A program made the position numbers and the translations under genes. A stretch of 64,000 nt of DNA from Eledone cirrhosa (taxonomy: Eukaryota). This document shows, piece after piece, positions 30,563 to 44,500 of the stretch. Every line of letters starts with the position of its first letter. Within the stretch, counting starts at the first letter, position 1. The notes beneath the pieces are model-generated. The model saw only the letters and a program-made list of their open reading frames with translations, was not told the DNA's origin and made no database searches. The stretch is from contig OZ024742.1 of assembly GCA_964016885.1 (NCBI GenBank), forward strand, positions 287,370,001-287,434,000, given 5' to 3'.

Positions 30563-30565
<3 letters not shown>

Positions 30566-31145
30566 ATGAAATGACAGGAGGCTGGATTTGTGTAAATCCT
30601 TGAAAGGTTTATTATACTATGATCATTTCAATGACCGGGTTCCGTATGAATCCGGTGATATCATCAGGTATTCGAAATATAATACGTGAATGTAATAGAT
30701 AAAATCCATGGGGCTGAAAATCGAGGACCCGAGGGCGACCGCTATTCTGTTCCTTCAACTTCAGCCGGTCGCCCTGGAGTGAAGGAACAGAATAGACCGG
30801 CTGAAGTTGAAGGAACAGAATAGCGGTCGCCCTCGGGTCCTCGATTTTCAGCCCCATGGATTTTATCTATTACATTCACGTATTATATTTCGAATACCTG
30901 ATGATATCACCGGATTCATACGGAACCCGGTCATTGAAATGATCATAGTATAATAAACCTTTCAAGGTTTTACACAAATCCAGCCTCCTGTCATTTAATT
31001 ATAATATTTAACTCCGTAATAGCACCACCAACTACAAAAACAAAGACGATTGAACTGCCTTACGTTGAGTACTCTCTATATCATTGCATTACGATTGACC
31101 ATACGGAATAGACCAGCTCTATACAGTGGTGAACCTCAAACCTGA
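30563..31145. mobile_element. Fold-back pLTR palindrome (arms of about 205 bp, 30563-30770 and 30795-31004) plus tail; HHRs at 30614-30671 (-) and 30894-30951 (+)
   Basis: atac-CTGATGA-tatc-ACCGG..CCGGT-catt-GAAAT-gatc-ATA-gtat; near-perfect inverted arms. Confidence 0.88.
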
Positions 31146-31146
31146 A

Positions 31147-31183
<37 letters not shown>

Positions 31184-31279
31184 TACTAAAATGAATAAAG
31201 ATGTCATGGTGTCTAAGAAATTAGAGACACGCGCGCCATATCGCATGTAATGATATATTTTTATATGTCATATATATAT

Positions 31280-31399
<120 letters not shown>

Positions 31400-31615
31400 G
31401 GGCGGTGGATTGGTAGTATCGGTAGAGGGCCTGACGCCATGCTTTGCAGCATAGAGTTGCGGCTCTTTACAGTCTGAGTTCAAATCTCGCCGAGGTTAAC
31501 TTTGCTTTCATCCTTACGGGGCCAATAAAATAAGCACCAGTAATGTACTGGGATATATATATATATACGTCTATTTATATATACGCCTATTTATATATAT
31601 ATTTTTATATATACG

Positions 31616-31650
<35 letters not shown>

Positions 31651-31889
31651 TCGTTCCTGGGGTTTTTAACCCTAGGATAGGAAAATGCTTCTCTGATGAT
31701 CTTTGCTTTTCCATTAATATCCACGTGATATCTAATGTTTTGCAACGTAAAACTGTACAGTTAGGGCCATTTGAATAGGTAAATATTTATATTATATTTT
31801 TTAATTTTGATTAATTTTAATTGTATATTAATTTTGATTTATTTTGAAAAATTGGTTGAATTTTACTTGTTCTGCTTATCTTGATATCT

Positions 31890-31949
<60 letters not shown>

Positions 31950-34374
31950 GCCTTTCCCATATAAATTCACAGAAGGGTTGTGTTGTGTTCGTGACGAAGA
32001 TAATTTCGAATGTCACCGTTCACTCCTATTAATATGTTCTGTATAACATATAGGGGATTTTTAGTTTGTAGTGCTCAGTTAAATGTGTTTTATGCCCTTC
32101 CTACAGAAAGTGATAAATGATTTAAGATTTATTAGCGCTGATAAAGCTGAGATATGCTCCAATGCACCTTAACTACGTCGTGGTTTTTTAAGAACGGGTG
32201 GGTAGACAGGTTACGGTGAAATATTCTGTTCAATTGATACGCTTCTTAATACTTCGTCGAACAAAATACTTTTCAGTATTTAATTGCGACTTTTTACGTT
32301 CAAATCCCGTCGAGATCAACTTTTCTTTCCTTTCTCCATTGATCGATACAATAAAGTAGCAGTTAAGAACTGGGGTCGATATAAATGACTCCCCTTTCCC
32401 CACTGAGTTCAAATTCCGCCGAAATCAACTTTACTTTCTATCCTTTAGAGGTCGACAAAATACCAGTTAAGTACTGGACTCGATATAATCGACTTCCTAT
32501 TTCCTCAAATTGTTGAACTTGTGCTAGACTGTTAGAAAGAACTAACTAGCCACAAACACTCCCTACACTAATATCGCCACTTCGTTCTTTTTCCCTTCCT
32601 CTTTATTTATATTTGTCTTCCCTGGCCTCATTCATATACAATCGCAACACCACCCACCATGGTTGCACACCGTACATTTTTATGGCGATTTTATTAAAAC
32701 AGCCTGTAATAAAATGTGGACAACCTTGTCTCATTTATCAACACCAAAATACAGATACAAAATATGTGAAGGAAACAAAACGAAACCACAACATATCCTC
32801 CTTCTATGAACAATAAATAGCTCAAATAATCTCACTCCTTATACGAACTATTAGATCTAATACATTAGAAAGTGAACAGAAATTGCGCCATAAAGGCTCG
32901 GCTTGCTCTCCAGGACGAAAAATAACCCCCACTTTAATTGTTACCCAATTAAAGACAATAAATATGTCCCAGAGTGGAATATAGTTCAGATATCTAAGAT
33001 AGTCAGCCACTACATTCACCTATATACTAAATATCACTGGCACGACGACAAGTGTTCCAGTTGATCCGATCAACGGAACAGCCTGTTCGTGAAATTAACG
33101 TGCAAGTGGCTGAGCGTTCCACCAATACGCGTACCTTAATGTAATTCCCAGGGAGATTCAGCGTGACACAGAATGTGACAAGGCTGCTCCTTCGAATTAC
33201 AGGTACAACTCATTTTTGCCAGCTGAGTGAACTGGAGCAACATGAAATAAAGACGCCCTCGTTAATTGTTTCTAAAAAATTTTTGCCATCTCTTTCGAAT
33301 TTATTTGCTTAATCTCTAATAATGTCAAACAGAAAAGAAAAAGAAATCTTTATTTTTGAATGTAATCTTCCCGTGATTACAAAGGAAATAAAAGCTACAT
33401 GAGCTGATTAAAAAATAAGAAAAACAAATATTGTTTGTGATATACTTGGATACATTGTCAGTGATTTTATCTTCGGTCATTGGCTGTTTCAAGTCTTTTA
33501 ACATCAAACACCCTCAGTCAGGCGACCCAACCAGGGTTGATCAAGTCACAGTTTGTGTCCAGGTACCATTACCCATTCTCTTTTCACCTCCCTTGATTCA
33601 CAGCCATCTTGATGCAACGTCTGTTAACTTGATGTCCTTTCGGTCAGCTAATATGATAGCTAACTTGATGTCCTTTCGCCTACTGGCTCTTGTGATACCT
33701 AGCCCACCACAAGTTCCGTTGAGTGACAAGCCTACAGACCCTTTATATCCCACCTCATTGGGCTTATACCTAACTTCTCAGCTGTTGTTTCATCATACTT
33801 CCACCAACTATACATATTTCGCAGTCTTCCTCTCATTGGTCCCCTCACCTTTTCAACATATAGCCTTTGAGAAGCAACTTTATATTTTTGTGCGTGTAGG
33901 GAAAATAAAGTATGTTATGTTTATTAAACCTAGATCAAGCCTGACCAAGCACATCTACGATCAAAATCATCCCAGCCAGTTTATACTTTGTATAAACTGT
34001 GTGTCTGTCTGTCTGTCTGTCTGTATGTCGGTCTGTCTGTCTGTCTGTCTGTATGTATGTATGTATGTATGTGTGTCTGTGTGTGTGCATGTGCATGATT
34101 GGAGTGACATGGGGATCTAAGTAAGCCAAAATTACCAGGTAATTTCAATTCCTGGTTGAAGTTCACTTCACTACACATTACAAATGGTCTGGGGAAAAAG
34201 GCAAACTCACACACACACATACACACGCGCGCGCACACACACACACGCACAGATACAGACGCACACAGACACAAACACACATACACATAGATACACTTAT
34301 ACACACACACACACACATGCACACACACACATGCACACACACACACACATACACACACACACATATATATATGC

Positions 34375-34500
34375 AAAAGGCAAACAGAAATAACAAAGCA
34401 AACGGCACAGTACAATGAAGAAATATATTATTAGTTTTACGCTTGATATAGTAGGGAAAGAGTCTTAACGTTTCGGATGTTAGTTCTTCATCAGAAGAAA
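34375..34500 (-). mobile_element. Short pLTR with minimal HHR-like motif; related copy at 59118-59245
   Basis: Reverse complement tctt-CTGATGA-...-GAAAC-GTT-aaga, and a shared tail cagaaataacaaagcaaacg. Confidence 0.65.
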
Positions 34501-34775
34501 TATATATATATATATATTTCTATTTCATTCCTTTTATTTTGATCATGCTTTATTTTTATTTTTATTTTTAATTTGATTCGCACCGTTTCCTTTCGCTATA
34601 TGTCTCTCCACCACTCCCCTACACACCCTTTGAACTCTGTTCCCACACACTTCTCACCTGAGGAAGGGCTTATGCCCGAAACGTCGTTCCCCACCACCAC
34701 CACACTCCCCAGAGCGTGAAATTAATAAACATTCGTTGTACTGCCTCTCTATTTTGTTCCTGTTCAAATTTTTCC

Positions 34776-34826
<51 letters not shown>

Positions 34827-35897
34827 GAGCGCTCTATGATGTAACCGATATGGTGGAGAAGAGAGGAACCAACCATGAGCTACACCCGGAAATTCCCTCT
34901 ACCATGGGGATGGAAACCCCTGACACTGGACGGACATAATAGTAACTTTCGGCAGGATAAATACGCGGAAACAAAAACTAAGATAAACCCATATTTTCCT
35001 GCACCAAATCGCTTTTGAACAGAAGCCCCCTCAATTCAATCTATACATTGACAAATTGACAATCATATGGATCATTTTGCATATATGTACTCTGTGTTTT
35101 TGCATTTATTCATTATTGGTTCTTTTCTTTTGTGTACTTTATATCTGTTTTTCTTTGGTTTTGTTCCATGTGGTGGAAATTATGACTGTGTACCAGATTG
35201 ACTACTGCCTTGAATACTGTAGTTTACCCTCCGTTCTAATGTACGGCACTATCGTTCAATATGTGGATAGTGTAACTGTGACTTTGGAACCCCTCTCAGA
35301 ACTTCTTACTTAAACATCTCTCTCCATATTATTTACTCACTTCAATCTATATGTTTTTTTACTCACCTCAATCCGGATTCTCACTTGAAAAATTTTTTAA
35401 TTTCTAATTGTTAATTTTTTAATTGTTTAATTTATAATTTTTGATTTAGGATTTTAATTTTTATTTCCAACTCTCACTCATAACTTCCAATGTAAAACCA
35501 TGATACCTAGAATTAAGTATATTTTCTCTTGGGAGTTGATGGTCAGTCGTACTGTCCATGCTTGATGAGAGGTAGTATTGTGACCTGTAAAAACTAACAC
35601 TCTCCCATCCCCTCTGGCTTTCGGCTGACTGCCACAGACGGGACGGGTAGCAGTAAACTATGGTATAAGCCTAAATGGGTCATTGTTTGGCTGAGAGGGT
35701 GAACTGACTAAGCGAATTTCGTTGAAATCTGCGGTAACTAATGGTCAACTTCCTTCGGACATGCGCCTGCGCAGACCGATGGGGGTGAATTGGTACTCAC
35801 AGGGGAACGGATGAAGAACCCAAAAGCACACACTTCGTCCGTTCCCATGTGGATTCAACTTGGATTGCCTCGGAAACATAACCTTATTATGTAACAA

Positions 35898-35971
35898 GCT
35901 GTCTGATGATGTCACGACACTCGCACACAGAACAGTGTGGCCAGTGTCGTCATTGAAATATATATCACAGC
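35898..35971 (+). ncRNA. Type I hammerhead ribozyme with extended stem II
   Basis: gctgt-CTGATGA-tgtc-ACGACACT..CACAC.agaaca.GTGTG..AGTGTCGT-catt-GAAAT-atat-ATC-acagc. Confidence 0.8.
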
Positions 35972-36341
35972 ATTATTATTAATGTTACGTCCCTTTACGA
36001 TCTGAGTTCAAATCCTGCCGAGGTTGACTTTGCCTTTCATCCTTACGGGGTCGATAAAATAAAGTACCAGTAATGCACTGGGGTAATTGATGGCCTTGTG
36101 CCAAAAGTAGAAACAATTATTATTGTTATCTTTCAAGATTGTTGCATGAGCTTTCAGTTATCCAAGTTCAGTTATTCATAAAATATATAAACAATTATAT
36201 AAAAAAAAAATGAATTATTTTCAGTTTCATTAATTGCTTTCATATTTGTGCTGACATTGTAGTTGCTTTCATATTTGTCGTGGTGTTAGGGCGGTGGATT
36301 GGCAGTATCTGAACATCTGAAACTACTTCGCTTTTACTTAT

Positions 36342-36395
<54 letters not shown>

Positions 36396-36680
36396 GTCGA
36401 TCGATTTGTTATTGATTAGGCGATACCCGCTGATGAAGCCGCATAAGCCGATTGTGCATTGTTGCATAATATATGCAGACAGATGGTGCAGTGCACCTTA
36501 CTGCTGCATTAGTGCTGCAGGAACTCGAGTCCGGGAACCTTATAGACACCTGTTTTACGTGTGTTGTGTTGAAGCAAATAACTATGTGTATACTCTGGTA
36601 ATGTATCTTACATTGCCCATTGAGTGCGCTGAGATACAACCGGTACTGGCATTGATACATATGCTGGGTCCGTCAACCCT

Positions 36681-36738
<58 letters not shown>

Positions 36739-36939
36739 CTGTGTTTGTATATTATCCCTACCGTATCTTCGTTTAGATTTGTATTTTAATTCTGAAAGAT
36801 TTCTACATAGTTAAGAAATTGTGTTGTGAACAAATCTTTCATATAAATGACAGATTAAAATTTAGAAAACAATTGCAAAGAAATGCTGTTGGGACTTTAA
36901 GCCATCATCTTCAGACTTCTCTCGTAGAAAAAGGAAAGA

Positions 36940-36970
<31 letters not shown>

Positions 36971-37042
36971 GGTATATAATTATAGTTATATTTAGACGGT
37001 TGAATAAATGATAACGTTTTACATTTGTTATGTTGGTTCGAT

Positions 37043-37475
37043 TCACGGAGGTTTGAATCTTATGAATTTAGTGGCTATTCTATGTCTGCAGAAGATAGAT
37101 CTTTCTAACTTATTATTAAGTAGCCTTTTAACATTTCTAAGGATATACAATAGCTCAAGATCACACAGCCCGCAATAGGACATCCCTGTACTATAGGTTT
37201 TAGCAGCCGACAACTTCGACCAGTTGATAGTGTAGTTAGTGTTGCTGTCCTTCAATTCCCATATTTTTCTGGCGAGGGTGGTGGAACCCATAAGTGCACG
37301 GCTTTTCATTGAGTGCCTGTGCACATACCATCTTTTCTTAAAAGAACCCGCGGTGGATCCTATGTAATTCCAGGTGGAGTTACCCGAGATGACAGTGCAC
37401 ATGTACACCAGGCTCGAATCGAGACATCTGTTCGCCAATGGGCACCTATCTGGGAGGTGACAGTTGCAGTTTGAG
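37043..37475 (-). pseudogene. Penelope-like element 5: GIY-YIG fragment (same type as PLE4); inverted partial copy from about 37480 continuing on + to about 38472
   Basis: NCNCHLPDRCPLANRCLDSSLVYMC..YIGSTAGSFKKRWYVH..CGLCDLE..CRH. 37030-37120 is the reverse complement of 37480-37572. Confidence 0.88.
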
Positions 37476-37895
37476 GCGCCTCAATAATAAGTTAGAAAGA
37501 TCTATCTTCTGCAGACATAGAATAGCCACTAAATTCATAAGATTCAAACCTCCGTGAATCGAACCAACATAACATAGCTTTAAATTAGGATACCTACTAC
37601 CCACAGATATATATTCATTAAGTATACTATATCCTTCACAAGTCTATACCACACAAATGTCTGTAAGTACCTCATCTACCAACAATCTTACTCCTTCTCA
37701 GCTGCTGCAATCATTCGATCCTAAATCCTAGTTTTTCTCATTTCACTACTACAATGTTACTTTACCTTCTTTTTGCCATAATTACAATTAGCACGCTTTT
37801 CTCTTTGCATGTATGTATATTTTTGTACGAGTGTATATTGATGTGTATGTATGTGTCTATGTACACATGCATGTGTATATGTGTGTATATATATT

Positions 37896-37944
<49 letters not shown>

Positions 37945-38311
37945 AGATATATGCGTATATTAATTCGTTAACCTCTGTATTAACTCTACAACTATTGAGC
38001 TTTGACAGTGGTCCCACTCATGTATACTGATGAAGATGAAGAGAAAGACTGTAAAAACTAGCTTATCTTTATAATTTAAAATTGATACACACTAAGATAC
38101 TTTTTGCCTTATGACAGCTGGTTTTCACGCCGTAACATTAGATACATTATATACCCCCCACCTAAGTAATGTCAGGGTCTCCTTAAATAGTTTATTGATA
38201 GCATTGTTGTAATTGTTGTTATTGTTCTAATTGAACGCCATTACTACTCCTTATAGTAGCCTGTATTTTCTTTTCTTTTCTTTTCTTGCCTGTGTATTTT
38301 CTTCATTCTCG

Positions 38312-38424
38312 CATGCTCCGAAGATCTGACTGGTTATAATTCTGTATTGGCGATCGAGTAACGCAAAATTAGGCGGATAGCGATCTCTAGACAGACCAGT
38401 TCAGCGAAACAAATGTAAGCTATG
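38312..38424 (+). ncRNA. Hammerhead-like motif with an insertion of about 60 nt in loop II (core CCGAAGA)
   Basis: catgct-CCGAAGA-tCTGACTGGT...ACCAGTTCAG-c-GAAAC-aaat-GTA-agctatg. Confidence 0.65.
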
Positions 38425-38469
38425 TGATTAAAAACTTTTTTGTATAGCAAACCATGTAAACCTTCTTTC

Positions 38470-38503
<34 letters not shown>

Positions 38504-38508
<5 letters not shown>

Positions 38509-41500
38509 AATTAAGTTAAAAATGTACATCCACATATGTATACTGAAATACTAGTATGCATATGAATACACACACGTGTACATATGTAGATGTACCGAGT
38601 TTTCACTGGTCACTTTACCGTGAGTGTCCAGCCATTCTGTATGTAAACACACAGATAAACCGGTTCTTAGAGTCATACTGGTCCTTGAGGAAACACCTTT
38701 CCTCTATTCTCCAGAAAGCCAGACAAGGAATATTGGACTAGTTTCGATGTTGTTACATCTCATCAGCAACATTTACCCATCTTCCGGCCTCTCTAGAGAA
38801 TCGTGAAAGCACATATCGTTATATGCTTTTTCTATGAAAATTAGTAGTGGGCAGACCAATTTGCATAGAGCGTGAGTACGTACCGGTTCAACGGAGACGA
38901 TAAAAACAAATAACGAAACGAAATTAAATTTCGTTTCGTTTGTAACTCACTTTTGCATGACTGACGCCTAAACAATTAAGTTAAAAATGTACATCCACAT
39001 ATGTATACTGAAATACTAGTATGCATATGAATACACACACGTGTACATATGTAGATGTACCGAGTTTTCACTGGTCACTTTACCGTGAGTGTCCAGCCAT
39101 TCTGTATGTAAACACACAGACAAACCGGTTCTTAGAGTCATACTGGTCCTTGAGGAAACACCTTTCCTCTATTCTCCAGAAAGCCAGACAAGGAATATTG
39201 GACTAGTTTCGATGTTGTTACATCTCATCAGCAACATTTACCCATCTTCCGGCCTCTCTAGAGAATCGTGAAAGCACATATCGTTATATGCTTTTTCTAT
39301 GAAAATTAGTAGTGGGCAGACCAATTTGCATAGAGCGTGAGTACGTACCGGTTCAACGGAGACGATAAAAACAAATAACGAAACGAAATTAAATTTCGTT
39401 TCGTTTGTAACTCACTTTTGCATGACTGACGCCTAAACAATTAAGTTAAAAATGTACATCCACATATGTATACTGAAATACTAGTATGCATATGAATACA
39501 CACACGTGTACATATGTAGATGTACCGAGTTTTCACTGGTCACTTTACCGTGAGTGTCCAGCCATTCTGTATGTAAACACACAGACAAACCGGTTCTTAG
39601 AGTCATACTGGTCCTTGAGGAAACACCTTTCCTCTATTCTCCAGAAAGCCAGACAAGGAATATTGGACTAGTTTCGATGTTGTTACATCTCATCAGCAAC
39701 ATTTACCCATCTTCCGGCCTCTCTAGAGAATCGTGAAAGCACATATCGTTATATGCTTTTTCTATGAAAATTAGTAGTGGGCAGACCAATTTGCATAGAG
39801 CGTGAGTACGTACCGGTTCAACGGAGACGATAAAAACAAATAACGAAACGAAATTAAATTTCGTTTCGTTTGTAACTCACTTTTGCATGACTGACGCCTA
39901 AACAATTAAGTTAAAAATGTACATCCACATATGTATACTGAAATACTAGTATGCATATGAATACACACACGTGTACATATGTAGATGTACCGAGTTTTCA
40001 CTGGTCACTTTACCGTGAGTGTCCAGCCATTCTGTATGTAAACACACAGACAAACCGGTTCTTAGAGTCATACTGGTCCTTGAGGAAACACCTTTCCTCT
40101 ATTCTCCAGAAAGCCAGACAAGGAATATTGGACTAGTTTCGATGTTGTTACATCTCATCAGCAACATTTACCCATCTTCCGGCCTCTCTAGAGAATCGTG
40201 AAAGCACATATCGTTATATGCTTTTTCTATGAAAATTAGTAGTGGGCAGACCAATTTGCATAGAGCGTGAGTACGTACCGGTTCAACGGAGACGATAAAA
40301 ACAAATAACGAAACGAAATTAAATTTCGTTTCGTTTGTAACTCACTTTTGCATGACTGACGCCTAAACAATTAAGTTAAAAATGTACATCCACATATGTA
40401 TACTGAAATACTAGTATGCATATGAATACACACACGTGTACATATGTAGATGTACCGAGTTTTCACTGGTCACTTTACCGTGAGTGTCCAGCCATTCTGT
40501 ATGTAAACACACAGACAAACCGGTTCTTAGAGTCATACTGGTCCTTGAGGAAACACCTTTCCTCTATTCTCCAGAAAGCCAGACAAGGAATATTGGACTA
40601 GTTTCGATGTTGTTACATCTCATCAGCAACATTTACCCATCTTCCGGCCTCTCTAGAGAATCGTGAAAGCACATATCGTTATATGCTTTTTCTATGAAAA
40701 TTAGTAGTGGGCAGACCAATTTGCATAGAGCGTGAGTACGTACCGGTTCAACGGAGACGATAAAAACAAATAACGAAACGAAATTAAATTTCGTTTCGTT
40801 TGTAACTCACTTTTGCATGACTGACGCCTAAACAATTAAGTTAAAAATGTACATCCACATATGTATACTGAAATACTAGTATGCATATGAATACACACAC
40901 GTGTACATATGTAGATGTACCGAGTTTTCACTGGTCACTTTACCGTGAGTGTCCAGCCATTCTGTATGTAAACACACAGACAAACCGGTTCTTAGAGTCA
41001 TACTGGTCCTTGAGGAAACACCTTTCCTCTATTCTCCAGAAAGCCAGACAAGGAATATTGGACTAGTTTCGATGTTGTTACATCTCATCAGCAACATTTA
41101 CCCATCTTCCGGCCTCTCTAGAGAATCGTGAAAGCACATATCGTTATATGCTTTTTCTATGAAAATTAGTAGTGGGCAGACCAATTTGCATAGAGCGTGA
41201 GTACGTACCGGTTCAACGGAGACGATAAAAACAAATAACGAAACGAAATTAAATTTCGTTTCGTTTGTAACTCACTTTTGCATGACTGACGCCTAAACAA
41301 TTAAGTTAAAAATGTACATCCACATATGTATACTGAAATACTAGTATGCATATGAATACACACACGTGTACATATGTAGATGTACCGAGTTTTCACTGGT
41401 CACTTTACCGTGAGTGTCCAGCCATTCTGTATGTAAACACACAGACAAACCGGTTCTTAGAGTCATACTGGTCCTTGAGGAAACACCTTTCCTCTATTCT

Positions 41501-44500
41501 CCAGAAAGCCAGACAAGGAATATTGGACTAGTTTCGATGTTGTTACATCTCATCAGCAACATTTACCCATCTTCCGGCCTCTCTAGAGAATCGTGAAAGC
41601 ACATATCGTTATATGCTTTTTCTATGAAAATTAGTAGTGGGCAGACCAATTTGCATAGAGCGTGAGTACGTACCGGTTCAACGGAGACGATAAAAACAAA
41701 TAACGAAACGAAATTAAATTTCGTTTCGTTTCGTTTCCTCAAGGACCAGTATGACTCTAAGAACCGGTTTGTCTGTGTGTTTACATACAGAATGGCTGGA
41801 CACTCACGGTAAAGTGACCAGTGAAAACTCGGTACATCTACATATGTACACGTGTGTGTATTCATATGCATACTAGTATTTCAGTATACATATGTGGATG
41901 TACATTTTTAACTTAATTGTTTAGGCGTCAGTCATGCAAAAGTGAGTTACAAACGAAACGAAATTTAATTTCGTTTCGTTATTTGTTTTTATCGTCTCCG
42001 TTGAACCGGTACGTACTCACGCTCTATGCAAATTGGTCTGCCCACTACTAATTTTCATAGAAAAAGCATATAACGATATGTGCTTTCACGATTCTCTAGA
42101 GAGGCCGGAAGATGGGTAAATGTTGCTGATGAGATGTAACAACATCGAAACTAGTCCAATATTCCTTGTCTGGCTTTCTGGAGAATAGAGGAAAGGTGTT
42201 TCCTCAAGGACCAGTATGACTCTAAGAACCGGTTTGTCTGTGTGTTTACATACAGAATGGCTGGACACTCACGGTAAAGTGACCAGTGAAAACTCGGTAC
42301 ATCTACATATGTACACGTGTGTGTATTCATATGCATACTAGTATTTCAGTATACATATGTGGATGTACATTTTTAACTTAATTGTTTAGGCGTCAGTCAT
42401 GCAAAAGTGAGTTACAAACGAAACGAAATTTAATTTCGTTTCGTTATTTGTTTTTATCGTCTCCGTTGAACCGGTACGTACTCACGCTCTATGCAAATTG
42501 GTCTGCCCACTACTAATTTTCATAGAAAAAGCATATAACGATATGTGCTTTCACGATTCTCTAGAGAGGCCGGAAGATGGGTAAATGTTGCTGATGAGAT
42601 GTAACAACATCGAAACTAGTCCAATATTCCTTGTCTGGCTTTCTGGAGAATAGAGGAAAGGTGTTTCCTCAAGGACCAGTATGACTCTAAGAACCGGTTT
42701 GTCTGTGTGTTTACATACAGAATGGCTGGACACTCACGGTAAAGTGACCAGTGAAAACTCGGTACATCTACATATGTACACGTGTGTGTATTCATATGCA
42801 TACTAGTATTTCAGTATACATATGTGGATGTACATTTTTAACTTAATTGTTTAGGCGTCAGTCATGCAAAAGTGAGTTACAAACGAAACGAAATTTAATT
42901 TCGTTTCGTTATTTGTTTTTATCGTCTCCGTTGAACCGGTACGTACTCACGCTCTATGCAAATTGGTCTGCCCACTACTAATTTTCATAGAAAAAGCATA
43001 TAACGATATGTGCTTTCACGATTCTCTAGAGAGGCCGGAAGATGGGTAAATGTTGCTGATGAGATGTAACAACATCGAAACTAGTCCAATATTCCTTGTC
43101 TGGCTTTCTGGAGAATAGAGGAAAGGTGTTTCCTCAAGGACCAGTATGACTCTAAGAACCGGTTTGTCTGTGTGTTTACATACAGAATGGCTGGACACTC
43201 ACGGTAAAGTGACCAGTGAAAACTCGGTACATCTACATATGTACACGTGTGTGTATTCATATGCATACTAGTATTTCAGTATACATATGTGGATGTACAT
43301 TTTTAACTTAATTGTTTAGGCGTCAGTCATGCAAAAGTGAGTTACAAACGAAACGAAATTTAATTTCGTTTCGTTATTTGTTTTTATCGTCTCCGTTGAA
43401 CCGGTACGTACTCACGCTCTATGCAAATTGGTCTGCCCACTACTAATTTTCATAGAAAAAGCATATAACGATATGTGCTTTCACGATTCTCTAGAGAGGC
43501 CGGAAGATGGGTAAATGTTGCTGATGAGATGTAACAACATCGAAACTAGTCCAATATTCCTTGTCTGGCTTTCTGGAGAATAGAGGAAAGGTGTTTCCTC
43601 AAGGACCAGTATGACTCTAAGAACCGGTTTGTCTGTGTGTTTACATACAGAATGGCTGGACACTCACGGTAAAGTGACCAGTGAAAACTCGGTACATCTA
43701 CATATGTACACGTGTGTGTATTCATATGCATACTAGTATTTCAGTATACATATGTGGATGTACATTTTTAACTTAATTGTTTAGGCGTCAGTCATGCAAA
43801 AGTGAGTTACAAACGAAACGAAATTTAATTTCGTTTCGTTATTTGTTTTTATCGTCTCCGTTGAACCGGTACGTACTCACGCTCTATGCAAATTGGTCTG
43901 CCCACTACTAATTTTCATAGAAAAAGCATATAACGATATGTGCTTTCACGATTCTCTAGAGAGGCCGGAAGATGGGTAAATGTTGCTGATGAGATGTAAC
44001 AACATCGAAACTAGTCCAATATTCCTTGTCTGGCTTTCTGGAGAATAGAGGAAAGGTGTTTCCTCAAGGACCAGTATGACTCTAAGAACCGGTTTGTCTG
44101 TGTGTTTACATACAGAATGGCTGGACACTCACGGTAAAGTGACCAGTGAAAACTCGGTACATCTACATATGTACACGTGTGTGTATTCATATGCATACTA
44201 GTATTTCAGTATACATATGTGGATGTACATTTTTAACTTAATTGTTTAGGCGTCAGTCATGCAAAAGTGAGTTACAAACGAAACGAAATTTAATTTCGTT
44301 TCGTTATTTGTTTTTATCGTCTCCGTTGAACCGGTACGTACTCACGCTCTATGCAAATTGGTCTGCCCACTACTAATTTTCATAGAAAAAGCATATAACG
44401 ATATGTGCTTTCACGATTCTCTAGAGAGGCCGGAAGATGGGTAAATGTTGCTGATGAGATGTAACAACATCGAAACTAGTCCAATATTCCTTGTCTGGCT

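Noticed and set aside
33431-34120. 229-aa ORF
   Set aside because: No recognisable domain; it runs through repeat and microsatellite sequence.
36425-36670. Hammerhead with a stem II of about 200 nt
   Set aside because: CTGATGA is present but the 3' half (GATAC-atat-GCT) is too degenerate to support a call.
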